Positions 18,430 through 27,831 are shown, counted from the first letter of the stretch. The stretch is DNA of 64,000 nucleotides from an uncultured Sphingomonas sp. (GCA_966251045.1 CBINJP010000020.1:388-64387); one strand, 5' to 3'. The notes: generated by a model not told the origin, from the sequence alone. Translations and numbers: made by a program.

Positions 18430-19971
18430 ATGAAGATCAGCAAACGCAACTTCCTGGGCGCCCCCCTTGTCGCGGCGCTGGGCTATTCCGCCGCCGCGCG
18501 GGCTTCCGATTGCGATGGCTATGGCGCGCCCTTCATTCCGCCCCAGGAAACCGGGCCGTTCCGGTCCGATGTGGAATCGCTGAAGCAATATCAGGCCCCC
18601 GACTGGTTCCGCGACGCCAAGCTTGGCATCTGGTCGCACTGGGGCCCGCAGGCCGTGCCGCGCGCCGGGGACTGGTATGCGCGCTTCATGTATGTGCCGG
18701 GGCACCCGCAATACGACCATCATGTGAAGCATTACGGCCAGCCCTCGAAGTCGGGCTACAAGGACATCATTCCCCTGTGGAAGGCCGAGCGGTTCGATCC
18801 CGAGGGATTGATGGACAAATATGTCGCGGCGGGCGCGAAATATTTCGTCAGCATGGGCGTTCATCACGACAATTTCGATCTGTGGAACTCGCGGCATCAC
18901 CGGTGGAACGCCGTCGCGATGGGGCCGAAGCGCGATATCGTCGGTGCCTGGCGCGCGGCGGCGCGCAAGTGCGGCCTGCGGTTCGGCGTGTCCGAGCATC
19001 TGGGCGCCAGCCATAACTGGTGGCACCCGAGCCATCTCTACAACCAGACCTGGCCGGCGATGGGCGAATATTATGACGGCGCGGACCCTGCCTATGCCGA
19101 TCTCTATCATCCGCCCCACAACGAGCCGTACCGGGGCCTCGGTCAGACCTGGTACACGGCCAATCCGAAATTCCACAAGATCTGGTATGACCGCGTTCGC
19201 GACCTGATCGATAGCTATCAGCCGGATCTGCTCTATTCCGACGGCGGCATCCCGTTCGGCGATGTCGGCCGGTCGCTGGTCGCCCATCTCTACAACAGCA
19301 GCATCGCGCGGACCGGCAAGCTCGAGGCGGTCTATAATCACAAGGAGCTGGGCTCCGGCGAATTCTACAAGGAAGCGGGCGTCCAGGATGTCGAGCGCGG
19401 CGTGCTGAACGGCATCAATCCGCGGCCCTGGCAGACCGATACCTCGAACGGCGACTGGTTCTTCAACGAGCAGGACAAGTACAAGACCCCGGCGCAGGTG
19501 ATTTCGATGCTCGCCGATGTGGTGAGCAAGAACGGCAATCTGCTGCTCAATATCGTGCAATATGCGGACGGCAGCCTGCCGCCCGAGTCCCAGCACCTGC
19601 TCGGTGAGCTCGCGGCGTGGATGAAGGTCAATGCCGAGGCGATCCATGGGACCCGGCCATGGAAGACCTTCGGCGAGGGCCCCACCCAGGGGGCCGGCGG
19701 CGCCTTTCAGGAGAATGTCGCCTATACCGCACAGGACATTCGCTTCACCACGCGCGGCACGACGCTCTACGCCATCACCTTGGGGGAGCCGGTGCAAAGC
19801 GTCGCCATCACGTCGCTGGGGCGGTCCGCCGGTGCGGTCAAGCGGGTGCATCTGCTGGGCGTCGCTGGCCCGTTGGCCTTCCGGCAGACCGAGGCCGGGC
19901 TGGTCGTGAATCTGCCCCCTTCCTTGCCGACGCGCCATGCGAGCGTCTTCCGGATTGCGTTTCGCGACTAG
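18430..19971 (+). CDS. Alpha-L-fucosidase (GH29), second copy
   Basis: Tat-like signal (KRNFLGAPLVAALGYSAAARA). WFRDAKLGIWSHWGPQAVP...YFVSMGVHHDNFDLWNS is the GH29 signature. Confidence 0.85.
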   Translation: MKISKRNFLGAPLVAALGYSAAARASDCDGYGAPFIPPQETGPFRSDVESLKQYQAPDWFRDAKLGIWSHWGPQAVPRAGDWYARFMYVPGHPQYDHHVKHYGQPSKSGYKDIIPLWKAERFDPEGLMDKYVAAGAKYFVSMGVHHDNFDLWNSRHHRWNAVAMGPKRDIVGAWRAAARKCGLRFGVSEHLGASHNWWHPSHLYNQTWPAMGEYYDGADPAYADLYHPPHNEPYRGLGQTWYTANPKFHKIWYDRVRDLIDSYQPDLLYSDGGIPFGDVGRSLVAHLYNSSIARTGKLEAVYNHKELGSGEFYKEAGVQDVERGVLNGINPRPWQTDTSNGDWFFNEQDKYKTPAQVISMLADVVSKNGNLLLNIVQYADGSLPPESQHLLGELAAWMKVNAEAIHGTRPWKTFGEGPTQGAGGAFQENVAYTAQDIRFTTRGTTLYAITLGEPVQSVAITSLGRSAGAVKRVHLLGVAGPLAFRQTEAGLVVNLPPSLPTRHASVFRIAFRD

Positions 19972-20092
19972 GCCGCGAACGCCCCTTGCCGCGGAGCATC
20001 GCATCAGATCACATCGAGTCCGATACCGGACCGGCAATTTGGAAGCGCTCCTCAAGCGGCCGAACTAGAAGGCCGCGCAAGCATCGGCCGAC

Positions 20093-21103
20093 TCAGAAGC
20101 TGGCGATTGCCTTCAGCACATGGTCGGCATCGGCGATGAGCTGCGGGATGCGCTCGGGCAGCTCTTCGGCGGGGAAGCCATGGGTCTGAAGCGCGTCCGA
20201 CGGGATCTGGCCGGACCGCATCGCGCGAATGACGCGCTCGAAATCCTCCGCAAGCGCATTGCGGCTGGCGAGCAGAGTGGTCTCCCGCTTGTGAAACTCG
20301 GGGGAGGCGAGGGCGAAATCGCCGGGCGCCACGCCGACAAAGACCAATGTGCCGCCGTGGCAGACATAGGTCAGGCTTTGCGCCATCGCCTCCAGCACGC
20401 CAGTGGCATCGAACACCACGTCGAACATGTCGCCGCCGGTTCGTTCGGCCAGGGTAGCCGTCAGATTGTCCTCCGCGAGGACCACATCACCAAAACCCAG
20501 ATGCGTGCGCGCATAGTCGAGCCTTGCCTGGCGCCTGTCGGCCAGCGTCACCGTCGCGGCGTTCTGGCGCGCGAAAAGACCGGTGGCGATCCCGATCGGC
20601 CCGGCGCCCACCACGAGCACGCGGTCGCCGGGCCTGAGGCGCGCGCGGCCGACGGCATGCGCGCCGATCGCCAGGAATTCGAGCATCGCCGCCTGTTCGA
20701 GCGTCAGGCCCGTCGCGTCGAGGACCGCGTGTTCGGGAACCGCAAGAAGCTCGCACATGCCGCCATCGATATGGACACCGAGCACGCGGATATTCGTGCA
20801 GGCATTCGGCTTTCCCTTGCGGCAGGCGATGCAATCGCCGCAGGCCAGATAGGGATTGATCGCGACGGTCTGTCCCGGGTGGAAGCGCGAACCCGGCGGC
20901 GCGCTCAGCACCTCGCCCGCCAGCTCGTGTCCCATCACGCGCGGATAGGCCAGAAACGGATGGCGGCCGGCGAAGATATGATAGTCGGTGCCGCATAGCC
21001 CGATCCGGCGAATGCGCACCAGAATCTCGCTCTCGGCCGGCTGCGGCGCCGGATATTCGACAATGCCCAGCTCGAACGGCCTGGCGCAAATCACGGCTTT
21101 CAT
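20093..21103 (-). CDS. Zinc-binding medium-chain dehydrogenase/reductase (sugar/polyol dehydrogenase-like)
   Basis: GLCGTDYH...GHELAGEV zinc-ligand motifs, structural-Zn cysteines (CGDCIACRKGKPNAC) and GAGPIG Rossmann motif. Confidence 0.8.
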   Translation of the reverse strand: MKAVICARPFELGIVEYPAPQPAESEILVRIRRIGLCGTDYHIFAGRHPFLAYPRVMGHELAGEVLSAPPGSRFHPGQTVAINPYLACGDCIACRKGKPNACTNIRVLGVHIDGGMCELLAVPEHAVLDATGLTLEQAAMLEFLAIGAHAVGRARLRPGDRVLVVGAGPIGIATGLFARQNAATVTLADRRQARLDYARTHLGFGDVVLAEDNLTATLAERTGGDMFDVVFDATGVLEAMAQSLTYVCHGGTLVFVGVAPGDFALASPEFHKRETTLLASRNALAEDFERVIRAMRSGQIPSDALQTHGFPAEELPERIPQLIADADHVLKAIASF

Positions 21104-21195
21104 GGGTGCCTTTCACGTCTTGCCGGACGATTAGACCATAATTCTATATGTGCAATCCAGTTTTCACATATGCAATAGCTTGGCTGGCACGCAAA

Positions 21196-21966
21196 TCACT
21201 TGCAAGGCGCCACCAGTGCGTGCGGTGCTTCCTCGAGCGCCTCTCGTGCCGGTTCCGAAGGGCCGGCCAATTGGCGCCGTACCCGGTCCGGCCCCTCATC
21301 GATGACCGCGCGCATCGCCCGCGCCGCCTCCTCGCCATCGCGGCGCTCGATCGCGTCGGCAATCCGCGTGTGGCTGGCGACCGCGGCCTCCATGGCGTCG
21401 ATCTGCAACGGCGTGCTGAGCGCGAAATAGGCCTCGAGCGCCGCCTCGATCACGCTCGCCAGAGACCGGAACAGCGGATTGCCCGACGCGGCCGCGACCG
21501 CGATGTGGAAGTCCAGATCGGCATCGGAAAAGGCGCGCTTGTCGCTACCCGCCGCTCGCGACATCGCCGCGAGCGCCTTCCGCATGTCCGCGATATGGGC
21601 TTCGGTGCGCTGCTCCGCCGCGACCGCCGCCGCCGCCGGCTCGACGGCACGGCGCATTTGCACGAGCTGCTCGAGGAACTGACGATCGAACCCGAGCCGC
21701 ACTTTCCAGGCAAGGATGTCCGGATCGTAATAGCTCCACTGTTCCGGCGGCGAAACGCGTGTGCCCACGCGGGGCTTGGCGATCGCCAGCCCCTTCGCAA
21801 CCAGGGTCTTGGTGATCTCGCGCATCAGGACCCGGGACGCGCCGAACTGGGCGAGCATTTCCTCCTCCGTCGGGAGGCGGCTGCCCGGCGGACGGGCGCC
21901 CGACAGGATCTGGGAACCCAGGATCGCAACGATCTCGTCATGGCGCGCGACGCGGCCGCTACGCAT
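21196..21966 (-). CDS. GntR family transcriptional regulator, FadR (FCD) subfamily
   Basis: N-terminal wHTH (LPTEEEMLAQFGASRVLMREITKTLVAKGL) and a helical FCD-type C-terminal domain (DLDFHIAVAAASGNPLF). Lies upstream of and co-directional with the Zn-dehydrogenase. Confidence 0.85.
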   Translation of the reverse strand: MRSGRVARHDEIVAILGSQILSGARPPGSRLPTEEEMLAQFGASRVLMREITKTLVAKGLAIAKPRVGTRVSPPEQWSYYDPDILAWKVRLGFDRQFLEQLVQMRRAVEPAAAAVAAEQRTEAHIADMRKALAAMSRAAGSDKRAFSDADLDFHIAVAAASGNPLFRSLASVIEAALEAYFALSTPLQIDAMEAAVASHTRIADAIERRDGEEAARAMRAVIDEGPDRVRRQLAGPSEPAREALEEAPHALVAPCK

Positions 21967-22019
21967 GGGCGGCCGGCAAGCGGATATCAGGAGCGGAAAT
22001 GAGCCTGGCCGTGATTGGC

Positions 22020-22100
22020 TGCATTGAAAATCTTATCCCCTCCGGAATCGTAAAGTCCGATATCATATATAAAAATCAGAGTTATTCACCCAAAAAGCGG
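22020..22100 (-). promoter_or_regulatory. AT-rich putative promoter region for the GntR/dehydrogenase operon
   Basis: The locally very AT-rich stretch (gatatcatatataaaaatcagagttattcac) stands out in an otherwise GC-rich intergenic region upstream of the minus-strand regulator. No -35/-10 assignment was attempted. Confidence 0.35.
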
Positions 22101-22204
22101 CGCGGGGCTCCGGCTTCCATGCATGCGCGGCGCGGCAACGGCACCGAGGGTGGGGTGTCGCGCCACCCGCTGGCCGTCCTCCAGTCGACAAGGATGTGCC
22201 GCAC

Positions 22205-22894
22205 CTAAAAGGTGCGGATCCGGATGTCGCGAAACCAGACGCGGTCGCCATGATCCTGCAGCGCGATGCGCCCGCGCGGGACCTTCGCGAAGTGCGGCAT
22301 CGCCTTGAACTTCGATCCCGCAACCAGTGTGTTCCAGTTCGCGTCGCCATAGTTGGTGACGACGATCTGCTCGCCGTTGAGCCAATGCTCGATCCGTCCG
22401 CCGCGCACCATGATCCTGACGCGGTTCCACTCGCCCACCGGCTTGGCGGCCGCCTTTGCGGGTGCGATCAGGTCGTAAAGCGCCCCGGCGCGGTGCGAGG
22501 GCAGCTTCCCGTCCGAATGACGGGCGTCGTCGAGCACCTGCATCTCGAGACCGGTCGACCAGGTGTAGGGCGCGTCCCCCGGCTCCTGCACGAAATAGAA
22601 GATGCCGCTATTGCCGCCCTCGGAGATTTTCCAGTCGAGCTCGAGCTCGAAATCGCCGAATTCCTCGGTGGTGACGAGATCGCCCTCGGTTCCTTCCTTC
22701 CCCAGCGCGATCACGCCGTTCTCGACATGCCAGCGCGTCGGAACCGGCGCGTCCTTGTAGCCGCGCCAGCCGGTGAAATCGGTGCCGTTGAACAAAAGCC
22801 GCCACTCCGAAACCGCGGCATTTTCCGCCGGCGCGCAGGCGAGCACAGTCAGAGCGCACGCGAACATCGCCGCCAGGATCACTGTCCGCATCAT
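22205..22894 (-). CDS. DUF1080 (3-keto-disaccharide hydrolase-like) secreted protein
   Basis: Signal/lipobox-like N-terminus, then WRLLFNGTDFTGWRGY...GDFELELDWKISEGGNSGIFY...ALQDHGDRVWFRDIRI, the typical DUF1080 pattern. Confidence 0.8.
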   Translation of the reverse strand: MMRTVILAAMFACALTVLACAPAENAAVSEWRLLFNGTDFTGWRGYKDAPVPTRWHVENGVIALGKEGTEGDLVTTEEFGDFELELDWKISEGGNSGIFYFVQEPGDAPYTWSTGLEMQVLDDARHSDGKLPSHRAGALYDLIAPAKAAAKPVGEWNRVRIMVRGGRIEHWLNGEQIVVTNYGDANWNTLVAGSKFKAMPHFAKVPRGRIALQDHGDRVWFRDIRIRTF

Positions 22895-22907
22895 TCGATT
22901 TCTCCCG

Positions 22908-23576
22908 TCACGCGCCCATCCTGGCGATCACCTGCTGGATATGCGCCATCGCCTCAGGCGTGGGGCCCGGATACGGCCCCTCGATCGGCGTGTTGCCCAT
23001 ATAGCCGAGCTGCGCCCAGCCTTCCTCGGTCGAATAGTAAGCGCGAAGCGTCAATCTGCGCACATTGGCGAAGAAGGAGGCAGGCTTCTCGAACCCGGGC
23101 TTCACCCGGCCGGCAAAGGCGATGTCGTCGCAGATCGCCGCGCGCTCGCCGTTCGCGGCGTCGGCGAAGGGCTTGCCGAACCGGCGGACGCTTTCGGCAT
23201 CGATCCAGGCAAGGCCCGGCACGATCATCTCGCGATCCTGTTGCTGCCGGGGGTAAGGCGCGCTGATCCATTCGTCGACGAACGCCGGAACCCCGACGGC
23301 GGAGGCGGCACTGTACTGGCCGTCCGCCGGAAGGATCATGTCGCACAGCGCCGCCGCCGCCTTCAGCTCGGTCTTGTTCAGCGTCAGCGGCCAGGGGACC
23401 TTGGGATTGAGCAGGTCGGGATCGACGCCATAGCCCGGCGCGGTGATCGGCGTCAGCTTGATCTCGGGCCATTGCGTTCCCTCCAGCCCGCTGCCTCGCG
23501 CGGACTCCGGGACGGCAAGCGCGGCGGCGAGCCAGGCGAGGGTGGTGCGCCGATCGACGGCGAGCCCCCCGCTCAC
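22908..23576 (-). CDS. Gluconate 2-dehydrogenase subunit 3 family protein (small Tat-exported subunit of a GMC dehydrogenase)
   Basis: Tat-like signal (VDRRTTLAWLAAALAVP). Its start overlaps the GMC oxidoreductase stop by 4 nt. The pairing of this small subunit with a GMC oxidoreductase is well established. Confidence 0.7.
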   Translation of the reverse strand: MSGGLAVDRRTTLAWLAAALAVPESARGSGLEGTQWPEIKLTPITAPGYGVDPDLLNPKVPWPLTLNKTELKAAAALCDMILPADGQYSAASAVGVPAFVDEWISAPYPRQQQDREMIVPGLAWIDAESVRRFGKPFADAANGERAAICDDIAFAGRVKPGFEKPASFFANVRRLTLRAYYSTEEGWAQLGYMGNTPIEGPYPGPTPEAMAHIQQVIARMGA

Positions 23577-25246
23577 AGCTCGCCCTTCCGCAGGCGAGTG
23601 GCGATATGGTCGGCGGACCGCATCGCCAGCGCCATGATCGTCAGCGTCGGGTTCTTGTGCGCCTTGGAGGCGAACACCGCGCCATCGCCGATATAGAGAT
23701 TGTCGACGTCCCAGCAGCGGCCATAGGGATCGGTCACCGAGGTCCTTTTGTCCGCGCCCATACGCGCCGTCCCAACCTCATGGATGATCTCGCCGCCCTT
23801 TCTCAGCGCGCGGTCCGCCGATCGTACCGGCGTGACCAGCTTGCCGCCCATCGCGGTGACGATATCCTGCGTCGTCTTGTGGAAATGATCGACCATGTTC
23901 CGCTCCTGATCGGTCCAGCCGAAGTGGAAGCGCAGCGCGGGGATGCCGAACTTGTCCTTCAGGTCCGGATCGATCTCGCACCAGCTCTTGTCGTTGGGGA
24001 TCATCTCGCCGCGGAGGGTAAACCAGATGCTGGTGCCGTAGCTTTGCCGCGCCGCCGCGCGCAGCCCGGCGCCATAGCCGTCCAGCCCGCCCAGATCGCC
24101 GGGATCGTTGAATCCCCCGCCCACCTCGTAATGATAGCCGCGCGCGAAGTTGAGTTTGCCGGCCTTCTGCTCCTTGTAGAGCCAGAAGGGCATATAGACG
24201 TGCAGCCCCATCGCGCCGTCCTCATTGTAGCGCGGCCGGCCCTCGAGCGCGGGGAACACCGCGCCCAGATCGGCGCCGACGGTATCCATCAGGTTGCGCC
24301 CGAGCTGCCCGCTCGAATTGGCCAGCCCTTCCGACCGCCCCGCCACCTTGGTGTTGAGCAGGATGCGCGCGGTCTCGCCGGTGCTGGCCGCGAGGATCAC
24401 GACCCGGCCGCGCGCCTCGCGCTGGGCCCGAGTCTTGCGATCGATGAAGCGCACGCCCGAGGCCTTGCCGGTCTTGTCGAGCATCACCTCATAGACCATC
24501 GCGTCGGTGCGCACGGTGAGCTTGCCCGTCGCGCGCGCCTGGGGGATCAGCGAGGTCGTGGTCTGAAACGCGGCGCCGATCGCGCAGCCGCGGCCGCATC
24601 CCGACGCCCAGTAACAGGGCTGGCGCGTATCGAGGGCGCGAGTCAGCACCGCCCGCCGCGCCGGGATCACCGGAACCCCGACCTTCCCCGCGCCCGCCTT
24701 CAGGAAAATCTCCCACGCGCGCGGCGCGGGCGGATCGTGCAGCACGCCGTCGCCCGAATTGGGGTGGTTCTCCATGTTCGGGTTGTTGCCGTAGACGCCG
24801 ACGATCGTCTCGGTCCTGTCGTACCAGGGCGCCATCTCGTCATAGCTGACCGGCCAGTCCACCCCCATGCCGTCGCGGGTGAAGGGCTTGAAGTCATATT
24901 CCCCCATCCGGAAGCTGTTGCGCGCCCAATGGTTGGTGCGGCCGCCGAGCATCCGGCTGCGCCACCATTTGAATTCCGTGCCCTCGGCCATCGAATAGGG
25001 TTCGCCGGGAATGTCCCATCCGCCATCCACGGTCGCATCGTAATAGCCGAAATCCTTGTCCGGCGTGCCGACCCCGCGCAGCGGCGCGTCGCGCTCGAAG
25101 TTGAGCATCGCGGCCTCGCCCGGATCATAGTCGCGGCCGGCCTCGAGCATCAGCACCTTCGCCCCGGCCTTGGTGAGCATCCACGCCGCCATCGCGCCGC
25201 CGGCGCCCGATCCCACGACGACTGCATCGTAGCTCTCGATTGCCAT
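23573..25246 (-). CDS. GMC family FAD-dependent oxidoreductase
   Basis: ATG at 25246 (MAIESYDAVVVGSGAGGAMAAWML, an FAD fold). The C-terminal HEVGTARMG...NLYIGDGAVF is typical of the GMC family. Confidence 0.85.
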   Translation of the reverse strand: MAIESYDAVVVGSGAGGAMAAWMLTKAGAKVLMLEAGRDYDPGEAAMLNFERDAPLRGVGTPDKDFGYYDATVDGGWDIPGEPYSMAEGTEFKWWRSRMLGGRTNHWARNSFRMGEYDFKPFTRDGMGVDWPVSYDEMAPWYDRTETIVGVYGNNPNMENHPNSGDGVLHDPPAPRAWEIFLKAGAGKVGVPVIPARRAVLTRALDTRQPCYWASGCGRGCAIGAAFQTTTSLIPQARATGKLTVRTDAMVYEVMLDKTGKASGVRFIDRKTRAQREARGRVVILAASTGETARILLNTKVAGRSEGLANSSGQLGRNLMDTVGADLGAVFPALEGRPRYNEDGAMGLHVYMPFWLYKEQKAGKLNFARGYHYEVGGGFNDPGDLGGLDGYGAGLRAAARQSYGTSIWFTLRGEMIPNDKSWCEIDPDLKDKFGIPALRFHFGWTDQERNMVDHFHKTTQDIVTAMGGKLVTPVRSADRALRKGGEIIHEVGTARMGADKRTSVTDPYGRCWDVDNLYIGDGAVFASKAHKNPTLTIMALAMRSADHIATRLRKGEL

Positions 25247-25440
25247 GTGCGCCCCTCCTTTCGACATCCTGGTTGGCGGCGATCTTGCGCATCGTACGGG
25301 GTCCAAGGCAACCGGCCTCCGAACGATTCTTGCGCCCGCTTCGGCGCGACCCCGGAAAATCGCCCGATGCCAGCCGCCGCTTGCACCGCCACGGGCGTTA
25401 ACTATGCTGCGCGCGAACAGAATCCGCCGGGGGGCGCGAC

Positions 25441-26382
25441 ATGTTGAGGATCATCGCGACGGTGTTGGCGGCTTCGCTCCTCTGGGCGATCCCTGCCAGC
25501 GCGCAACCGAAGATGGAAATCGACTATCGGCGCATCGCCAATTGTCAGGCTTATCGCGATTTCGTCAAAGCCTATGGCTCGCCTGCGGAACTGGCCGCAG
25601 GGCTGGCTCAGAAACAGCGTGAATATTGTATTCCCGCGCGCCCCCGGCCTGATCCGATCGCCCGCGAGTGGCGGCAGATCGGCGATTGCAGGTCTCTGGA
25701 AGCATTCGCCGCGCGCTATGGCAGGCTTCGCTATTACAGAAGCAGGATTCCGGCCAAGCGCAGCCAATATTGCAAGCCGTCGCCGCCCCCCAGTCCCGCG
25801 CCGCGCGCTCCGTCGCCCGGCGCCTATCTCTCCGGGTGGGACATGCTCGACCTCTATCGCGACAATTATTTCTGCTACAAATATGAGTCGGGAAATAGCT
25901 GTTCGGACTATGAGGAGCTTTACAGCTTCAACGACGGCCGGCTCACGCTGCGCAAATATCTGCTCTTCCCCGTGCCGGCCAGCAAGGTGCCGCTATGGGC
26001 GACGCGCAGGGAGCCCAATATGCGGCTCACGCTCTTCCAGACCCTGACGCCGCGTGCCGACGGGCTGTGCTGGGACCAATCCGCGCGTGTGGCCGCGGCA
26101 TCCTTCGCCGAGGGCTCGGTCTATACCGCCAATCATTCCTATATCCGGCCCTTCACCGGCCCCGCGCTTGGTGATCTGCGCGGCATGCTGAGCCAGATCG
26201 CCCGGCAGAACAGCACGAGGCTGATCTGTTCGCGCTATCGCAGGGTCTCGGGATCGGTGATCGCTGAGGATGCATTCGACGGCGACGAACAATATGCCTT
26301 TGGCGACCGGATCGTGCTGATCCCGCGCGGGGAATATCAGCCGGTTCTGCGGCTCACCACCGACGGCTATGGCTGGAAATAG
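25441..26382 (+). CDS. Secreted cysteine-rich hypothetical protein with two N-terminal ~35-aa repeats
   Basis: Signal peptide MLRIIATVLAASLLWAIPASA. Internal repeat YRRIANCQAYRDFVKAYG...YC / WRQIGDCRSLEAFAARYG...YC, then a Pro-rich linker and a ~190-aa C-terminal domain. I recognise no family. It has many A/T-ending and AGG/AGA codons. Confidence 0.6.
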   Translation: MLRIIATVLAASLLWAIPASAQPKMEIDYRRIANCQAYRDFVKAYGSPAELAAGLAQKQREYCIPARPRPDPIAREWRQIGDCRSLEAFAARYGRLRYYRSRIPAKRSQYCKPSPPPSPAPRAPSPGAYLSGWDMLDLYRDNYFCYKYESGNSCSDYEELYSFNDGRLTLRKYLLFPVPASKVPLWATRREPNMRLTLFQTLTPRADGLCWDQSARVAAASFAEGSVYTANHSYIRPFTGPALGDLRGMLSQIARQNSTRLICSRYRRVSGSVIAEDAFDGDEQYAFGDRIVLIPRGEYQPVLRLTTDGYGWK

Positions 26383-26397
26383 GCGAAGGCCGCCGCA

Positions 26398-27831
26398 TCA
26401 GTTGCAATTGCTCCAGGTTTCCGACGGACCGTTTTCGGATCGCATGACGAGGCTCGCGCCATCGCGCGACGGCTCGTAGCGGTAGATCTTGCCACCCTCG
26501 CGTCCCACCACGGTCCCCGTTTCCCGATCGCGATCGATGATTTCCGCCCTGAACGGGGCCATGCCTTCCACGCGCACAACAAGGGTTCCGCCCTCCACCG
26601 CGACATTGCGGGCGACCTCGCACCGCGGATCGGTGGCATGGCGCCAGCGCCCCTCGACGCTTGGCGCATTCGCGACTTTTGGCGTGGGTGTGGGCGCGGG
26701 CGTCGGTTTGGCCTTCCGCTGCGGGACAGGTGTCTCGATCGCCGCATTCTCCAGCACGACCTCGTTATTCGTGAGCTCGAACGTGGGGACGGGTTCGGTG
26801 CCCCACCGCACCCAGACGATCGCCGCCGCCGCCGCTGCCATCACAAGCAGGCCGGCCGCGATGATCGACAGCGTCAGTCTCCGCCACCGCGGCGTATAGG
26901 TCGGCCAAGGCTCGCCACCACGATCGATCGGGCACGGATCTTTCTCGTCGGAGACGTACCCGGGCGGCTCCGATCTGGGCGCAGCGCCCGGGTCGAGCGT
27001 CAGCCTGTCGGCCCACGCCTCGAGGTCGCTGCCGCGCTTCGCGATGTCCGGCTCGAGCCCATCGACGATCGCGGCGATCAGCCGCTCGCCACGTCCGTTG
27101 GGGAGGTCGATCCGTCCACGAAGGATGTCCGCCATCGCCGCCGAGGCCCCGCGCAGGTCCGCGAGGCGGTCGCGGAAGTCGGGCGGCGCCTCGCCAACGA
27201 TGGTCCGGAACAGCGTCGCGGCCAGCCCGTACAGGTCGGTCCACGGTCCGAGCAGGGCGCGGCGCGATGCGTCCCAGAGTTCAGGCGCGGCGAAGCCGAT
27301 GCGGGCAAGTTCGCGATTGTCGGGCCGGAACGATGCGGTGGAGCGGATATCGATACCGCATCCGATCGGCGAAGCGCCGCTTTCCGTCATCTCGATCATC
27401 TCGGGGTGGACGTCGAGATGCAGCACCTGCCGGCGGTGCATCGCCGCCAGCTCCCTCGCCGCGTCGCGTGCGGTCGCGAGGAGCGCGAGCGGCTCCATCG
27501 GCGGCATTTGATCGAGTGTCGCGAGAGGCCTGGGCGAGACGGTCCACAGGATGCCGTCCTCGGAGCGGATCGCGTCCGTCCCGCCCGGGCGCCGCGTGCA
27601 CGCCCCGGCCATGCCTGTGGAAAGCGCGCGATAGGCGTCGGACGCCTTGGCCGGGATGCCCGCGGCGGGTATCGCCATTCCGTCGGGTCGCAACGGCCCG
27701 GGCAGGAAGGCCCAGGCGAGGTTCCGGGGTTCCTGCCCCTCGATTTCGTAGATCTGCCATTGCGGCGTGATCCGCCACAGGGACGAAAGCCGACCCAACT
27801 CGGCGGGCGGAGTGGGCATGTCCGGGGTCAT
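26398..27831 (-). CDS. Membrane-anchored Hanks-type kinase-like protein (degenerate motifs) with a small Cys-bracketed periplasmic domain
   Basis: ATG at 27831. Has an HRDxKPxN-like loop HLDVHPEMI (27394-27420), an APE-like AAPELW, DLYGLAATLF, GEAPPDF and C-lobe LEPDIAKRGSDLEAWADRL. No GxGxxG is seen. One TM helix (LSIIAAGLLVMAAAAAAIVWV), a Pro/Thr linker and an ~85-aa C-terminal domain follow. Confidence 0.6.
   Translation of the reverse strand: MTPDMPTPPAELGRLSSLWRITPQWQIYEIEGQEPRNLAWAFLPGPLRPDGMAIPAAGIPAKASDAYRALSTGMAGACTRRPGGTDAIRSEDGILWTVSPRPLATLDQMPPMEPLALLATARDAARELAAMHRRQVLHLDVHPEMIEMTESGASPIGCGIDIRSTASFRPDNRELARIGFAAPELWDASRRALLGPWTDLYGLAATLFRTIVGEAPPDFRDRLADLRGASAAMADILRGRIDLPNGRGERLIAAIVDGLEPDIAKRGSDLEAWADRLTLDPGAAPRSEPPGYVSDEKDPCPIDRGGEPWPTYTPRWRRLTLSIIAAGLLVMAAAAAAIVWVRWGTEPVPTFELTNNEVVLENAAIETPVPQRKAKPTPAPTPTPKVANAPSVEGRWRHATDPRCEVARNVAVEGGTLVVRVEGMAPFRAEIIDRDRETGTVVGREGGKIYRYEPSRDGASLVMRSENGPSETWSNCN

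Noticed and set aside
22198-22216. Hairpin CCGCACC-taaaa-GGTGCGG as a rho-independent terminator of the DUF1080 gene
   Set aside because: It overlaps the last codons and the stop of the gene, and it is not followed by a U-tract on the minus-strand transcript. Evidence is too weak. The same applies to GCGGCC-N9-GGCCGC at 20056-20076 between the convergent GH29 and dehydrogenase genes.
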